A stretch of DNA of 64,000 nucleotides from Chloroflexota bacterium. Lineage in GTDB: Bacteria > Chloroflexota > UBA11872 > VXOZ01. Numbering within the stretch: position 1 is the first letter of the stretch; each line of letters begins with the position of its first letter. The translations under genes were made by a program, and so were the position numbers. Where the stretch lies: positions 3,072,001-3,136,000 of the forward strand of contig OY760183.1 in assembly GCA_963663275.1 (NCBI GenBank), read 5' to 3'. The notes under the pieces were generated by a model that did not search any database, was not told where the DNA came from, and saw only the letters and a list, made by a program, of their open reading frames with translations. Below are positions 36,787 through 46,868 of this stretch, piece by piece.

Positions 36787-38982
36787 CTAGACCAGCTTCT
36801 CCAAAGGCGCGAACGAGGCGGAGAGGCGCTTGATGCCGATCTCCGGGAAGGCGACGGTCACTTCTTCATCGAAGTCGGTGACCTTGCCGCTCACCACCGT
36901 CCCCTCGCCAAAAGCCGCGTGCCGCACCCGGTCGCCGTCGCGGTACTGCCGTTCGGACGCAGTCTGCTTGCGCGGCGGCCGGGCCGGGGCCTGCGACCCC
37001 TGCCACGCGGCCTCGGCCGGCGGCGGCGCCTGTATTGTCGGACCCGCCACAAGTTCCGGCGGCAATTCGGTAATGAAGCGGGAGGGCAGCCGCCCGATTG
37101 ACTGGCTGCTATAGCGCCGCGCCGCGTAGAGCAGATGGAGCCGCTCCTTGGCCCGGGTGAAAGCCACGTAGCAGAGCCGCCGCTCTTCCGCCATCTGTTC
37201 CGGATCGTCGAACGAGCGGATGTGCGGGAACAATTCCTCCTCCATGCCGGTCACGAACACCGCCGGAAACTCCAGCCCCTTGGCGTTGTGCGCGGTCATG
37301 AGGGTCAGGCCGCCCTCCACGTCCATGCGGTCCACGTCGGCGGCCAGCGTCGCCGCGTGCAGGAAGAGGTCCAGGCCCTGGGGCGGGTCGGCGTCGTCGT
37401 AGCGCACGGCGGCCGCGACCACCTCCGCCAGATTCTCCTCGCGCTCCTCGGCCTCATCGGCATCGTCGCCCGCGCGCACGTGCTCCAGGTAACCGCTCTC
37501 GCTGATCACCATGTTCACGAACGCGCTCAGCGGCATGCGCTTCACCTCCTGGCGAAACGCGCGCAGCATACGGCCCACGTTCTCAAGCGCGGTCCGCGCC
37601 CGGGTCGTCACCGGCAAGGGTTCCGCCAGCGTGCCCTCGGCGAGGCCCAGCAGCGCCGCGGCCGGCGGGACGCCCTGCATCTCCGACCAGAGCGTCAGCG
37701 CCGCCAGCGTCTTGGCGCCGATGCCGCGCGGCGGCACGTTCACGAAGCGCCGAAAGCTCACGCTATCGTTCAGATTGTAGATCACGCGCAGGTAGGCCAG
37801 GGTGTCCTTGACCTCCCGCCGCTGGTAGAAGGCCACGCCGCCCACCAACTGATACGGGATGCCGTAGCGCACCAGGGCGTCCTCCAACGCCCGCGACTGG
37901 GCGTTGGTGCGGTACATCACCACGCAGTCCCGCAGGCCCAGGCCCTCATCCTGCAAACGGCGCACGGCGTTCACGACCAACCGCGCTTCATCCTCTTCGT
38001 CCAGCGCCGGCATCACCACCAGCGGCGCGCCGCGCCCCAGGTTCGTCCACAGCCGCTTCTCCCGGCGGTGGGGCAGGCGGCTGATGATGCCGTTGGCGGC
38101 GTCGAGAATGGTCTGGGTGGAGCGGTAGTTCTGTTCCAGCTTGACGACGGCGGCGTCGGGATATTCGCGCTCGAAATTGAGGATGTTGCGCACGTCCGCG
38201 CCGCGCCAGCTATAGATGCCTTGGTCGTCGTCGCCCACCACGCAGATGTTGCGGTGCTTGGAAGCCAGCAAGCGCACCAACTCATACTGGGCGTGATTCG
38301 TGTCCTGGTACTCGTCCACCATCACGTAGCGGAAACGCTCCTGGTAGTGTTCCAGCACGTCGGGATGCTCGCGAAAGAGGCGCACGGTGAACATGATGAG
38401 ATCGTTGAAGTCGAGCGCGTTGGCCTTGCGCAGAATGTCCTGGTAGCGCCGGTAGACCCTGGCCGCGGCCTCTTCGAACGGGCCTTGCGCGTGCTCGGCG
38501 AACACGTGGGCCGTGATGAGTTCGTCTTTGGCGCGGGAGATGGCGTTCAAGACGGCGCGCGGGCTCAGGCTCTTCTCACCGATGCCCAGCGACTTGAGCA
38601 CGTCTTTCACCACCGTCAACTGATCGGCGTCGTCGTAGATGGTGAAGCCGTCTTCCCAACCCAGCAGCCGCAGTTCGCGGCGCAGAATGCGCGAGCAGAA
38701 GGCGTGGAACGTGCTGAGCAGCACGTTTTCGCCAATGGGCCCGGCCAGTTCACGCACCCGCTGCCGCATCTCCTCGGCGGCCTTGTTGGTAAAGGTGACT
38801 CCCAAGATCTGCCACACCGGCACGCGCTCGGCCAGCATCAGATAAGCGATGCGGTGGACGATCACACGCGTCTTACCGGAACCGGCGCCGGCCAGGATGA
38901 GCACCGGCCCGGCCGTGGTCGCGACCGCCCGCTGCTGCGGCTCATTCAGATTTGCCAAGAGGGATTCTGGGTTTATGACCAC
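36787..38982 (-). CDS. pcrA: ATP-dependent DNA helicase PcrA/UvrD
   Basis: AGAGSGKT, TFTNKAA, DEYQDTN, NYRST, KGLEF, EERRLCYVA; C-terminal Tudor-like domain; GTG start inferred. Confidence 0.93.
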   Translation of the reverse strand: MVINPESLLANLNEPQQRAVATTAGPVLILAGAGSGKTRVIVHRIAYLMLAERVPVWQILGVTFTNKAAEEMRQRVRELAGPIGENVLLSTFHAFCSRILRRELRLLGWEDGFTIYDDADQLTVVKDVLKSLGIGEKSLSPRAVLNAISRAKDELITAHVFAEHAQGPFEEAAARVYRRYQDILRKANALDFNDLIMFTVRLFREHPDVLEHYQERFRYVMVDEYQDTNHAQYELVRLLASKHRNICVVGDDDQGIYSWRGADVRNILNFEREYPDAAVVKLEQNYRSTQTILDAANGIISRLPHRREKRLWTNLGRGAPLVVMPALDEEDEARLVVNAVRRLQDEGLGLRDCVVMYRTNAQSRALEDALVRYGIPYQLVGGVAFYQRREVKDTLAYLRVIYNLNDSVSFRRFVNVPPRGIGAKTLAALTLWSEMQGVPPAAALLGLAEGTLAEPLPVTTRARTALENVGRMLRAFRQEVKRMPLSAFVNMVISESGYLEHVRAGDDADEAEEREENLAEVVAAAVRYDDADPPQGLDLFLHAATLAADVDRMDVEGGLTLMTAHNAKGLEFPAVFVTGMEEELFPHIRSFDDPEQMAEERRLCYVAFTRAKERLHLLYAARRYSSQSIGRLPSRFITELPPELVAGPTIQAPPPAEAAWQGSQAPARPPRKQTASERQYRDGDRVRHAAFGEGTVVSGKVTDFDEEVTVAFPEIGIKRLSASFAPLEKLV

Positions 38983-39141
38983 GGGAGTACACCTATGTTT
39001 GCGCCGGAGGGAAGCGCCAGTGGAGACTGAAGTAAGAGTGAGACGGAGAAACCGGCACCCAAGGAGGGGTCCTCGTATCGGGAACGACCAAGCATTGCCG
39101 GTCTTGCCGGGTGGGAAAGAAGCGGCGAGGCTGCATGGAAA

Positions 39142-39293
39142 CCTCCCTCTCCCGTGGGAGAGGGCCGGGGGCGCGGCAGGATCCGATAGTAGGCGCCGGC
39201 TGCTCTCACTGTGGAAGAGGGCCCGGAGCGTAGCAGGATCCAATAGTTCGCACCGGTTGCTCCCTCTCCCGTGGGAGAGGGCCGGGGTGAGGG
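39142..39293 (+). repeat. Three tandem REP-like CCCTCTCCC-GT-GGGAGAGGG units (period about 58 bp)
   Basis: Two clean copies and one degenerate copy with related spacers. Confidence 0.75.
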
Positions 39294-39394
39294 CAAGAAA
39301 CCCTCAGCGATCCCGCCTATCGTCATCTCAGGTCACGCAAAAGCCTCAACAGGGATTGTAGCACGTTCGGCCGTCGCGCGCACTTCATCCGAAA

Positions 39395-39691
39395 GAGACC
39401 TTTGCGAACTCTGTCATTCTGGCGAAAGCCGGAATCCAGGGCGCTGTTACGACTCAACAAAATATACAGTCAATACCTGTCACCCCCATCCCAACCTTCC
39501 CCCTCAATGGGCTGAAAGGGGTATGTAAATGTCATTCCGAGCGGAGCGAGGAATCTAGGAACGATGAAATGGCAGGGATACGCCTTAGATTCCTCACTCC
39601 GCTGCGCTCCGTTCGGAATGACACGTGATGTCGGATATAGGATACGTACCCCTATCAGCCCTCGATGGGGACGAGGTTATGCTAGAGCCTG
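39395..39691. mobile_element. GAGACCTTTGC-type MITE, degenerate second copy, interrupted by another MITE
   Basis: Aligns by eye with the reverse complement of 7951-8090 once 39512-39658 and one TSD are removed. Confidence 0.7.
39512..39658 (+). mobile_element. MITE family CTGACAGGGG, copy 2
   Basis: CTGAAAGGGGTA...TACCCCTATCAG; TSD CCCTCAATGGG / CCCTCGATGGG (10/11). Confidence 0.85.
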
Positions 39692-40041
39692 CCAAGCCAA
39701 AGAACCGCGGCCCACGCAATACCTACCGCGTTCCTATGAATTCACCTGCCGCAATCGTCGTCCGCCGCTAACCGGGCGCGCTCGCAACGCGCTTTCAGTC
39801 TGATCCCCCACTCGCGCCGCAGCCTCTTCCCTGAGCATGGGTAAAGGCTCGCGGCCTGGTTATCCGCCGAATTCCCTGGAAAACCGCACGCGCCGCGCCA
39901 AAAACCCAGTTCACCATAGCGCCAAGAGCGCATTTCTAGGCAATGCGGGCAATTTTAGTCCGTGCCGCGGTCCGCTCGGTGGCATCCAAAGCTCCTTCTT
40001 CTAATTCCCAGTATTTATCTAGGGATTTAGGCCGGAATCGC

Positions 40042-40073
40042 TTGACTCGCCATCTGGGGTTAAGCTACCTTAA
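40042..40073 (+). promoter_or_regulatory. Promoter with an overlapping DtxR/IdeR-like iron box
   Basis: TTGACT at 40042; TGGGGTTAAGCTACCTTAA (40055-40073) matches TWAGGTWAGSCTWACCTWA at 14/19; upstream of Fe uptake genes. Confidence 0.55.
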
Positions 40074-40257
40074 TATCTGACAATCGGGATAACCCCTCGC
40101 AGGGCGAACGCGCAGGCCGGCGCTCACGTCGAGCGGCGCGCGGGCGCTTTGCCACCGGGGATCCGGTTGGTTGTCAACGTATGTGTCCTGAGGCCTCGAG
40201 ACACACGACGGCTGTTGGTAATTCGCAGGTTAGCTGCACGGAAAGGAGCAGTTCACC

Positions 40258-41313
40258 GTGCCCCTAAATCGTCGTACCCTTCTCAAGACATCGCTTGCGG
40301 CGCTGCCGGTTGCCCTCGGAGCGGCATGCGGCGCCGTCAGCATACCTTCCGGTGAACAAGCGGGCGAGGCAACGGTAACCCTCGAGTCACCCTCCCTTAC
40401 GGTCTACTCCGGTCGCAACGAAAGCCTGGTCGGGCCGCTGTTGACGCAGTTCGCGGAAGACACCGGCGTCTCCATTCAGGTAAAATACGGCGGCACCGCC
40501 GAAATCGCGGCGACTATCCTCGAAGAGGGCGATAACAGCCCGGCGGACGTCTTCTACGCCCAGGACGCCGGCGCGTTGGGCGCGCTGCAAGCGGAGGAAC
40601 GACTGGCCGCGCTGTCGGACGACATCCTGGACGCCGTGGAGCCGCGCTTTCGCTCGCCCCAGGGGATGTGGGTCGGCGCTTCCGGCCGCGCCCGCGTGGT
40701 GGTGCACAATACCGATAACGTCAAGCCTGACGACCTGCCGCCGTCGATTCTGGATTTCGTGGCGCCGGAGTGGAAAGGGCGCATCGGCTGGGCGCCCACC
40801 AACGGCTCGTTCCAGGCGTTCGTGACCGCCATGCGCGTGGTGCTCGGCAACGACCGGACCCGCGACTGGCTGGAAGGCATCAAGGCCAATGAGCCTAACG
40901 TCTACCCCAAGAATACGCCCACGGTACAGGCCGCCGTGGACGGGGAAATCGACGTGGGGTTCGTCAACCACTACTATCTCTTCCGCATTCGCGCCGAGCA
41001 GGGCAACGTGCCGGCGGACAATTACTTCCCGCCCAACGGCGACCTGGGCTCGCTCGTCAACGTGGCCGGCGCCGGCATCGTCGCGGGCTCGCAGAACCAA
41101 GACGCCGCCGAGCAGTTCGTGGCCTATCTGCTCTCCCAGCAGTCCCAGGAGTACTTCGCGTCCGAGACCTACGAGTACCCGCTGGCGCGCGGCGTGGCCG
41201 CCCATCCCGACCTGCCGCCGCTCTCCGAGATCCAGACTCCCGACATCGACCTGGGCGACCTGGCCGACCTGCGGGGCACGCTGGAACTCCTGCAAGCGGC
41301 GGAATTGATCTAG
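40258..41313 (+). CDS. Fe3+ ABC transporter substrate-binding protein (FbpA/FutA-like)
   Basis: LTVYSGR, SPADVF, APTNGSFQAF, VNHYY; twin-arginine/lipoprotein signal. Confidence 0.92.
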   Translation: MPLNRRTLLKTSLAALPVALGAACGAVSIPSGEQAGEATVTLESPSLTVYSGRNESLVGPLLTQFAEDTGVSIQVKYGGTAEIAATILEEGDNSPADVFYAQDAGALGALQAEERLAALSDDILDAVEPRFRSPQGMWVGASGRARVVVHNTDNVKPDDLPPSILDFVAPEWKGRIGWAPTNGSFQAFVTAMRVVLGNDRTRDWLEGIKANEPNVYPKNTPTVQAAVDGEIDVGFVNHYYLFRIRAEQGNVPADNYFPPNGDLGSLVNVAGAGIVAGSQNQDAAEQFVAYLLSQQSQEYFASETYEYPLARGVAAHPDLPPLSEIQTPDIDLGDLADLRGTLELLQAAELI

Positions 41314-41328
41314 TAGCATAAGGAGCCT

Positions 41329-42978
41329 ATGGCGACCTCGTCCCAGACGCCGACTTCATCGGAAACAGCGTTTTCCACCGCGCTGCGCGAGACAATCCAA
41401 GGCGGCTGGCGGACTTACCGGTCCGCCGGTCCGCCTTTGCCTCTCGTGGCAACGAGCGCCGTCGTCGGAGCGGTCATCCTCCTGCCCCTCGTCTACCTGA
41501 CGCTGCGCGCCGCGGGCGCGGGGGACGAACTCTGGCCGCTGCTCTTCCGTCCGCGCACGGCCGTCATTCTGTTTAACAGCGTCGCGCTCGCCGCCGCCGC
41601 CACGCTCGGCGCGATCGTCCTCGCCGTCCCGCTGGCCTGGCTCGTTGCCCGCAGCGATCTGCCCGGACGGCGGCTCTGGACCGGCCTTCTCGTCGTGCCG
41701 CTCGCCGTGCCCAGCTACGTGGGCGGGTTCGTCCTCATCGGGGCGCTTGGCCCGCGCGGCATGTTGCAGAGTTTCCTGGAACCCCTGGGCGTCACGCGGC
41801 TGCCGGAGATCTACGGCTTTCCCGGCGCGTGGCTGGCGCTCACGCTCTTTACCTATCCCTACGTCTTTCTCGTGGTGCGCGCCGCCCTCCAAGGCATGGA
41901 CCGCACGTTGGAAGAAGCCTCGCGCAGCCTTGGACAGAGCGGGTGGTCAACCTTCTGGCGCATCACCCTGCCGCAACTCCGGCCGGCGATCGCCGCGGGC
42001 GGTCTGCTGGTTGCCCTCTACACCCTGAGCGACTTCGGCGCGGTCTCGCTCTTGCAGTTCGACACGTTCACGCGGGTAATCTACGTGCACTACCAGGGCT
42101 CGTTCGACCGCCATCTCGCCGCCGGCCTTGCCCTGGTGCTCGTCTGCATGACCCTGCTCATCCTCGTTTTCGAGCAGTGGAGCCGCGGCCGGGCCGTCTA
42201 CCATAGCGGTACCCGGGGTAGTTCGCGCCCCCAGCGCCGCGTGGCCCTGGGAAAGTGGCGGGCGCCGGCCATCGCGTTCTGCGCCGGCGTCGCGTTGCTC
42301 GCCATCGTCATGCCCGCGCTTACCGTCGGCTACTGGCTGCTGCGCAGCGTCTCGTACACCGCGCGTCTTGGCGCGCTGCCAGTCCTGGTATGGAATTCGC
42401 TCTGGGTTTCCGCCGCCGCTGGCATCGCCGCCGTGATCCTGGCCGTGCCGGTGGCGTATCTGACGATTCGCTACCCGCGCCGGTACATCAAGCCCTTCGA
42501 ATACGCGATCTATCTGGGTTACGGCCTGCCGGGGATCGTCATTGCCCTTTCGCTCGTCTTCTTTGGCGCGAACGCCGCGCCGCTCATCTACCAGACCTTC
42601 TTCATCCTGATAGCCGCCTACTTGATCCGGTTCATCCCGCAAGCGTACGGCAATGCCCGCGCCGCCATCATGCAGGTAAATCCGTCGCTGGAAGAAGCCT
42701 CCCGCAGTCTCGGCCACTCGTGGCACGCTACCCTCCGCGCCGTCACGCTGCCGTTGGTGCGCGGCGGCGCGACCGCGGGCGGCATTCTGGTATTCGTCAC
42801 TACCCTCAAGGAACTGCCCATCACCCTCTTGCTGGGGCCGATCGGCTTCAAAACGCTGGCCACCGAGGTGTGGACGTTGACCGCGGAAGGATTCTTTGCC
42901 GCGGCCGCGCCGGTTATCCTCGTGCTCCTGGGCGTCTCCCTTCTCCCCACCTTGCTTTTTGCGGGTAAGGAGCCTTAA
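41329..42978 (+). CDS. Fe3+ ABC transporter permease (FbpB-like)
   Basis: Two LEEASRSLG EAA motifs; LSDFG; KELP. Confidence 0.92.
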   Translation: MATSSQTPTSSETAFSTALRETIQGGWRTYRSAGPPLPLVATSAVVGAVILLPLVYLTLRAAGAGDELWPLLFRPRTAVILFNSVALAAAATLGAIVLAVPLAWLVARSDLPGRRLWTGLLVVPLAVPSYVGGFVLIGALGPRGMLQSFLEPLGVTRLPEIYGFPGAWLALTLFTYPYVFLVVRAALQGMDRTLEEASRSLGQSGWSTFWRITLPQLRPAIAAGGLLVALYTLSDFGAVSLLQFDTFTRVIYVHYQGSFDRHLAAGLALVLVCMTLLILVFEQWSRGRAVYHSGTRGSSRPQRRVALGKWRAPAIAFCAGVALLAIVMPALTVGYWLLRSVSYTARLGALPVLVWNSLWVSAAAGIAAVILAVPVAYLTIRYPRRYIKPFEYAIYLGYGLPGIVIALSLVFFGANAAPLIYQTFFILIAAYLIRFIPQAYGNARAAIMQVNPSLEEASRSLGHSWHATLRAVTLPLVRGGATAGGILVFVTTLKELPITLLLGPIGFKTLATEVWTLTAEGFFAAAAPVILVLLGVSLLPTLLFAGKEP

Positions 42979-42987
42979 AATAGGCGC

Positions 42988-44070
42988 ATGAGCATTAACC
43001 CTTGCGCCATTAGCTGCAACAACGTTACCAAGCGTTTCGGCGCCGTGGTGGCGGTAGACCGGGTAGACCTCACCGTCGCGCCCGGCGAATTCCTCGGCCT
43101 GCTGGGACCCAGCGGGTGCGGCAAGACGACCTTCCTCCGGCTGATCGCCGGTTTCGAAGTGCCCGATACCGGCACGATCGACGTCGGCGACGCGCGCGTC
43201 GCCGGCCCCAAGCGGTGGATTCTGCCGGAACGGCGGCGCGTGGGCATGGTCTTTCAGGACTACGCGCTCTTTCCGCACATGTCGGTGGCGGATAACGTGG
43301 CCTACGGCGTGCGCAAGTGGCCCGACAAACGCGAACGGGTCGGCCGGGCATTGCGCCTCGTCGGCCTGGAGAGCCTGCGCCAGCGGATGCCGGGCGAACT
43401 TTCCGGCGGACAGCAGCAGCGCGTCGCCCTGGCCCGCGCGCTGGCGCCGGGACCCGACGTAATCCTGCTGGACGAGCCGTTTTCCAATCTGGACGTAGCC
43501 CTGCGCGCGCGCATCCGCGCCGAGACGCGCGAAATCCTGGCGCGGGCCAATGCGACGGTCATATTCGTGACCCACGACCAGGAAGAGGCGCTCAGCCTCG
43601 CCGATCGGGTGGCCGTGATGTGGGGCGGACGCATCGCCCAGGTGGGCGCGCCGGAGGAACTCTACCGCAAGCCCACCTCCCGGGAAGTGGCCGAGTTCGT
43701 GGGCGGCGCGAACTTCCTCGATGCCCACGCCGTCAACGGCCACGTGGAGTGCGCCCTCGGCCGCTTCGCGCTGAACGGACACGACAACGGCGCGGACGCC
43801 TCGGTCTCGCGCTTCGCCCACAACGGCGAACTCGAACTTATGTTTCGACCGGAGGACATCGCCCTGAGCGCGGCCCCGGACGGGGCGTCGCAGGTGGTGG
43901 ACGCCACCTTCTACGGCCACGACAGCACGGTGACGATTCGCCTGGAAAGCGGCGAACACGTCCAGGTGCGCCTGCTGGGCGCGCCGCTGGCGCCGGGCAC
44001 CCGCGTCCACTGCCAAGTCACGGCTGAACCGCGCACCTTCACGCGCCACCCCCAGGCGGCGTCTGCGTAA
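42988..44070 (+). CDS. Fe3+ ABC transporter ATPase (FbpC-like)
   Basis: GPSGCGKT, LSGGQQQR, LLDEPFSNLD, THDQEEA. Confidence 0.92.
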   Translation: MSINPCAISCNNVTKRFGAVVAVDRVDLTVAPGEFLGLLGPSGCGKTTFLRLIAGFEVPDTGTIDVGDARVAGPKRWILPERRRVGMVFQDYALFPHMSVADNVAYGVRKWPDKRERVGRALRLVGLESLRQRMPGELSGGQQQRVALARALAPGPDVILLDEPFSNLDVALRARIRAETREILARANATVIFVTHDQEEALSLADRVAVMWGGRIAQVGAPEELYRKPTSREVAEFVGGANFLDAHAVNGHVECALGRFALNGHDNGADASVSRFAHNGELELMFRPEDIALSAAPDGASQVVDATFYGHDSTVTIRLESGEHVQVRLLGAPLAPGTRVHCQVTAEPRTFTRHPQAASA

Positions 44071-44142
44071 TTCCGCCCGGCGCGGTATAGTGTGCATGTC
44101 TGGTGTTCGCCTGAGCGTCTGTCAGGAACCCTCTACCGGCCC

Positions 44143-45300
44143 ATGCCTATCTACGACTGCGCCGCACTGCGCGAAGCGATTCCGCTTCTCAAAGACCGCA
44201 CGTACCTCAACACCGGCACGGAAGGCGTGCTGGCCGAACCGGTCCTGGCAGAGTACCAGGCGGCCATCGCCCGCCAAGAGCGCGAAGGCCACGCTGCGCT
44301 GGGGTGGCGTTACGCCGAACTGGAACGCGCCCGCGAAGCGGTCGCGCGTCTGCTGCGCGCCCAACCCGACACCGTCGCCTTCACTCGCAACGCCACCGAC
44401 GGACACAACATCGTGCTACAGGGTCTGCGCTGGCGGCCCGGCGACGAACTGCTGATTTCCGACCAGGAGCATCCCGCCTTGACCCATCCGGCCGCCTATC
44501 TTGCGGACCGGGGCGGGCCGGCGGTGCGCGTCTTCACCATCGCGGCCGATGCCCAGGCCACGCTGGAGAACGTCCGCGCGGCCCTGAGCCCGCGCACACG
44601 CCTCATCGCCTTCAGCCACGTGAGTTGCGAAAGTGGCATCCGCCTGCCGGCCGCGGAAATCTGCCAACTTGCCCACGAGCGGGGCGCGCGGGCGCTGCTG
44701 GACGGCGCGCAGTCGCTGGGCGCGGTGCCCCTCGACCTGCCGGCCATCGGGTGCGACTTCTTCGTCAGCAACGGGCACAAATGGCTCTGCGGCCCCAAGG
44801 AGACCGGCATCCTCTACGCGCGGCCCGACCGGCTCGAATCCCTTACGCTACGGGCGGTTGGGGCCGGCACGTTCGCCGACTTCAGGCGGCGCGGTGAAGA
44901 CTTCGACTTTCGTCTGCATCCGTCCGCCCGCCGTTTCGAGTTCGGCACGCGCAACCACGCCGCGCTCGTCGGCCTGCGGAGCGCAATCGCGTGGCTTGAA
45001 CGCTTGGGCTTCGCCAACGTCTACGCGCACGTGCGCGACACGGCCCGCCTCGGGCGCGAGATGCTCGCCTCGACCCCCGGCGTGGAGGCGCTCACCCCGC
45101 GATCCGCGGCGGACTCGGCGGGTCTCATTACGTTCAACCTGCCGGGCAAGGATCCGGCGGCGATCGCCCGAACTCTCTGGCGCGAAGGCATCATCACGCG
45201 CCACACCACCACGCCGCCCGGCGTCCGCGCCTCGGCCGCTTATTTCAACACCGAGCGGGACTTCGCGCGGCTGGCGGCGGCGCTGCGGGCAATCGCGTGA
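44143..45300 (+). CDS. Class V PLP enzyme (cysteine desulfurase / C-S lyase-like)
   Basis: YLN, QEH, SHV, DGAQ, NGHKWLCGP, FEFGT. Confidence 0.88.
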   Translation: MPIYDCAALREAIPLLKDRTYLNTGTEGVLAEPVLAEYQAAIARQEREGHAALGWRYAELERAREAVARLLRAQPDTVAFTRNATDGHNIVLQGLRWRPGDELLISDQEHPALTHPAAYLADRGGPAVRVFTIAADAQATLENVRAALSPRTRLIAFSHVSCESGIRLPAAEICQLAHERGARALLDGAQSLGAVPLDLPAIGCDFFVSNGHKWLCGPKETGILYARPDRLESLTLRAVGAGTFADFRRRGEDFDFRLHPSARRFEFGTRNHAALVGLRSAIAWLERLGFANVYAHVRDTARLGREMLASTPGVEALTPRSAADSAGLITFNLPGKDPAAIARTLWREGIITRHTTTPPGVRASAAYFNTERDFARLAAALRAIA

Positions 45301-45331
45301 GAGCAGCCATCGAGGGAGCCTTCTTCCGCCC

Positions 45332-46531
45332 ATGACGACCAACCGGCGCGGCGTGCGCGTTCTCGTAACCGGCGGCGGCTCCGGCGGCCACGTGACGCCC
45401 GCCCTCGCCACCATTGACGCCATCACGGCGCTTGCCGAACGCGACGGCGCGTGGACGCCCACGTTTCTCTACGCCGGCAGCCACCGGGGAATCGAACGCC
45501 AGATGGCCCAGGCCGCCGGGTTGCCCTTCAAGGCAATCGCGACCGGCAAACTCCGCCGCTCGCACCGTCTGCTCGGCCACCTCACCTGGCGCAATCTGCT
45601 CGACGCGCTGCGGCTGCCGTGGGGCGTATTACAGGCGCTCGCGCTGGTGCTGCGCTTCCGTCCCCACGTGGTGCTGAGCACGGGCGGCTTCGTCTGCGTG
45701 CCCCCGGTGCTTGCCGCCTGGCTGCTGCGCGCGCCGGTGATCACGCATGAACAGACCGTGCAGATGGGTCTGGCAAACCGCATCGCCTCCCGCTTTGCGC
45801 GCCGCATCGCCCTCACGTATGAGTCCGCGCGTGACGACCTGCCCGCGGGACTACGGCCCAGGGCTTTCGTAACCGGCAATCCGGTGCGCCCGGTCATCTT
45901 CAACGGCCAGCGCGCGGCGGCGCTCGCGCTTGCCGGTTTTGCGGGAGACGACGCGCTGCCGACCCTGTACGTGACCGGTGGCGCACAGGGTGCGCAACCC
46001 GTCAACCGCGCCGTGGCGGAGGCGTTGCCCGCGCTGCTCGCCGCCTGCCGCGTTATCCACCAGTGCGGCCGCCAGGCAACGGCTGAAATGTCCGAACTTG
46101 AACGCCTGCAAGCGTTGCGGGCATCATTGCCAGGCCCTCTGCAAGCGCGCTACCACGTGATCGATTTCGTGGCGGACGAAATCGGAGACATCTATGCGCT
46201 GGCGGACGTCGTCGTAAGCCGCTCCGGCGCGGGCACGCTGGCGGAACTCTTCGCGCTCGGCAAACCGGCGATCCTCATTCCGCTGGTGCCGACCGGCGGC
46301 GACGAACAGCGGCGCAACGCCCGGCACGCCCAGCAAGCGGGGGCGGCTACCATTATCGAGCAGGCGGACTTGACCGGGGATGTCTTATGTAAAGAAGTGC
46401 GCAAACTTCTCGCAAACCAACCGCAGCAGGATGCAATGGCGCGCGCCGCACAAGACCTCGCGCAGCCCGATGCCGCCCACCGCCTGGCGGAATGCGTCAT
46501 AGCCATAGCAACACAGGACAGGCAACGATGA
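45332..46531 (+). CDS. murG: MurG-type GT28 glycosyltransferase
   Basis: GGGSGGHVTP, GKLRR, STGGFV, HEQ, TGNPVR, GGAQGA, SRSGAGT, EQRRNA. Confidence 0.82.
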   Translation: MTTNRRGVRVLVTGGGSGGHVTPALATIDAITALAERDGAWTPTFLYAGSHRGIERQMAQAAGLPFKAIATGKLRRSHRLLGHLTWRNLLDALRLPWGVLQALALVLRFRPHVVLSTGGFVCVPPVLAAWLLRAPVITHEQTVQMGLANRIASRFARRIALTYESARDDLPAGLRPRAFVTGNPVRPVIFNGQRAAALALAGFAGDDALPTLYVTGGAQGAQPVNRAVAEALPALLAACRVIHQCGRQATAEMSELERLQALRASLPGPLQARYHVIDFVADEIGDIYALADVVVSRSGAGTLAELFALGKPAILIPLVPTGGDEQRRNARHAQQAGAATIIEQADLTGDVLCKEVRKLLANQPQQDAMARAAQDLAQPDAAHRLAECVIAIATQDRQR

Positions 46532-46612
46532 CATGCATCTTCATCGTCCCAAAAACAGCCGGCGCGGAGCCCGTCAGGCCATGAAAGCAGACCGCAGCGT
46601 GTCCGTCACTCC

Positions 46613-46868
46613 TGTAAGTGTCAGGTAATTCATTGACGGATATTGTAGTCGAATTGAGGTGACTTCAGTTCGGCTCACTGCTCGTCCACATGTCATTCCA
46701 AACGGAGCGCAGCGGAGTGTCGAACCCTGTTCGCGGAATCTACAGTGCTGAGCCAATCAGACTTCGCGTAGCATGGACTCTACATTCCTCGCTGCGCTCG
46801 GAATGACAGTAATGATCAACTCTTCCTCCTGGTGGGGGATTCTGTCAACGAATTACCCAACACTTACA
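46613..46868. mobile_element. MITE with TGT...ACA ends
   Basis: 28-bp TIR TGTAAGTGTCAGGTAATTCATTGACGGA vs TGTAAGTGTTGGGTAATTCGTTGACAGA (24/28); flanks ACTCC / ATTCC. Confidence 0.78.

Noticed and set aside
38987-39002. Possible LexA box upstream of pcrA (ACAC-CTAT-GTTT)
   Set aside because: Too many mismatches to GAAC-N4-GTTC to support
38983-39243. N-terminal extensions predicted for pcrA (and for the AKR, SOUL, queA, murG, rsmD and subtilase ORFs)
   Set aside because: The extensions run through REP DNA or neighbouring genes; internal starts fit the family N-termini better
40078-40176. SRP RNA or 6S RNA identity for the leader hairpin
   Set aside because: Lacks the SRP domain IV GGAA tetraloop motif and is too short for 6S; kept only as an unassigned candidate
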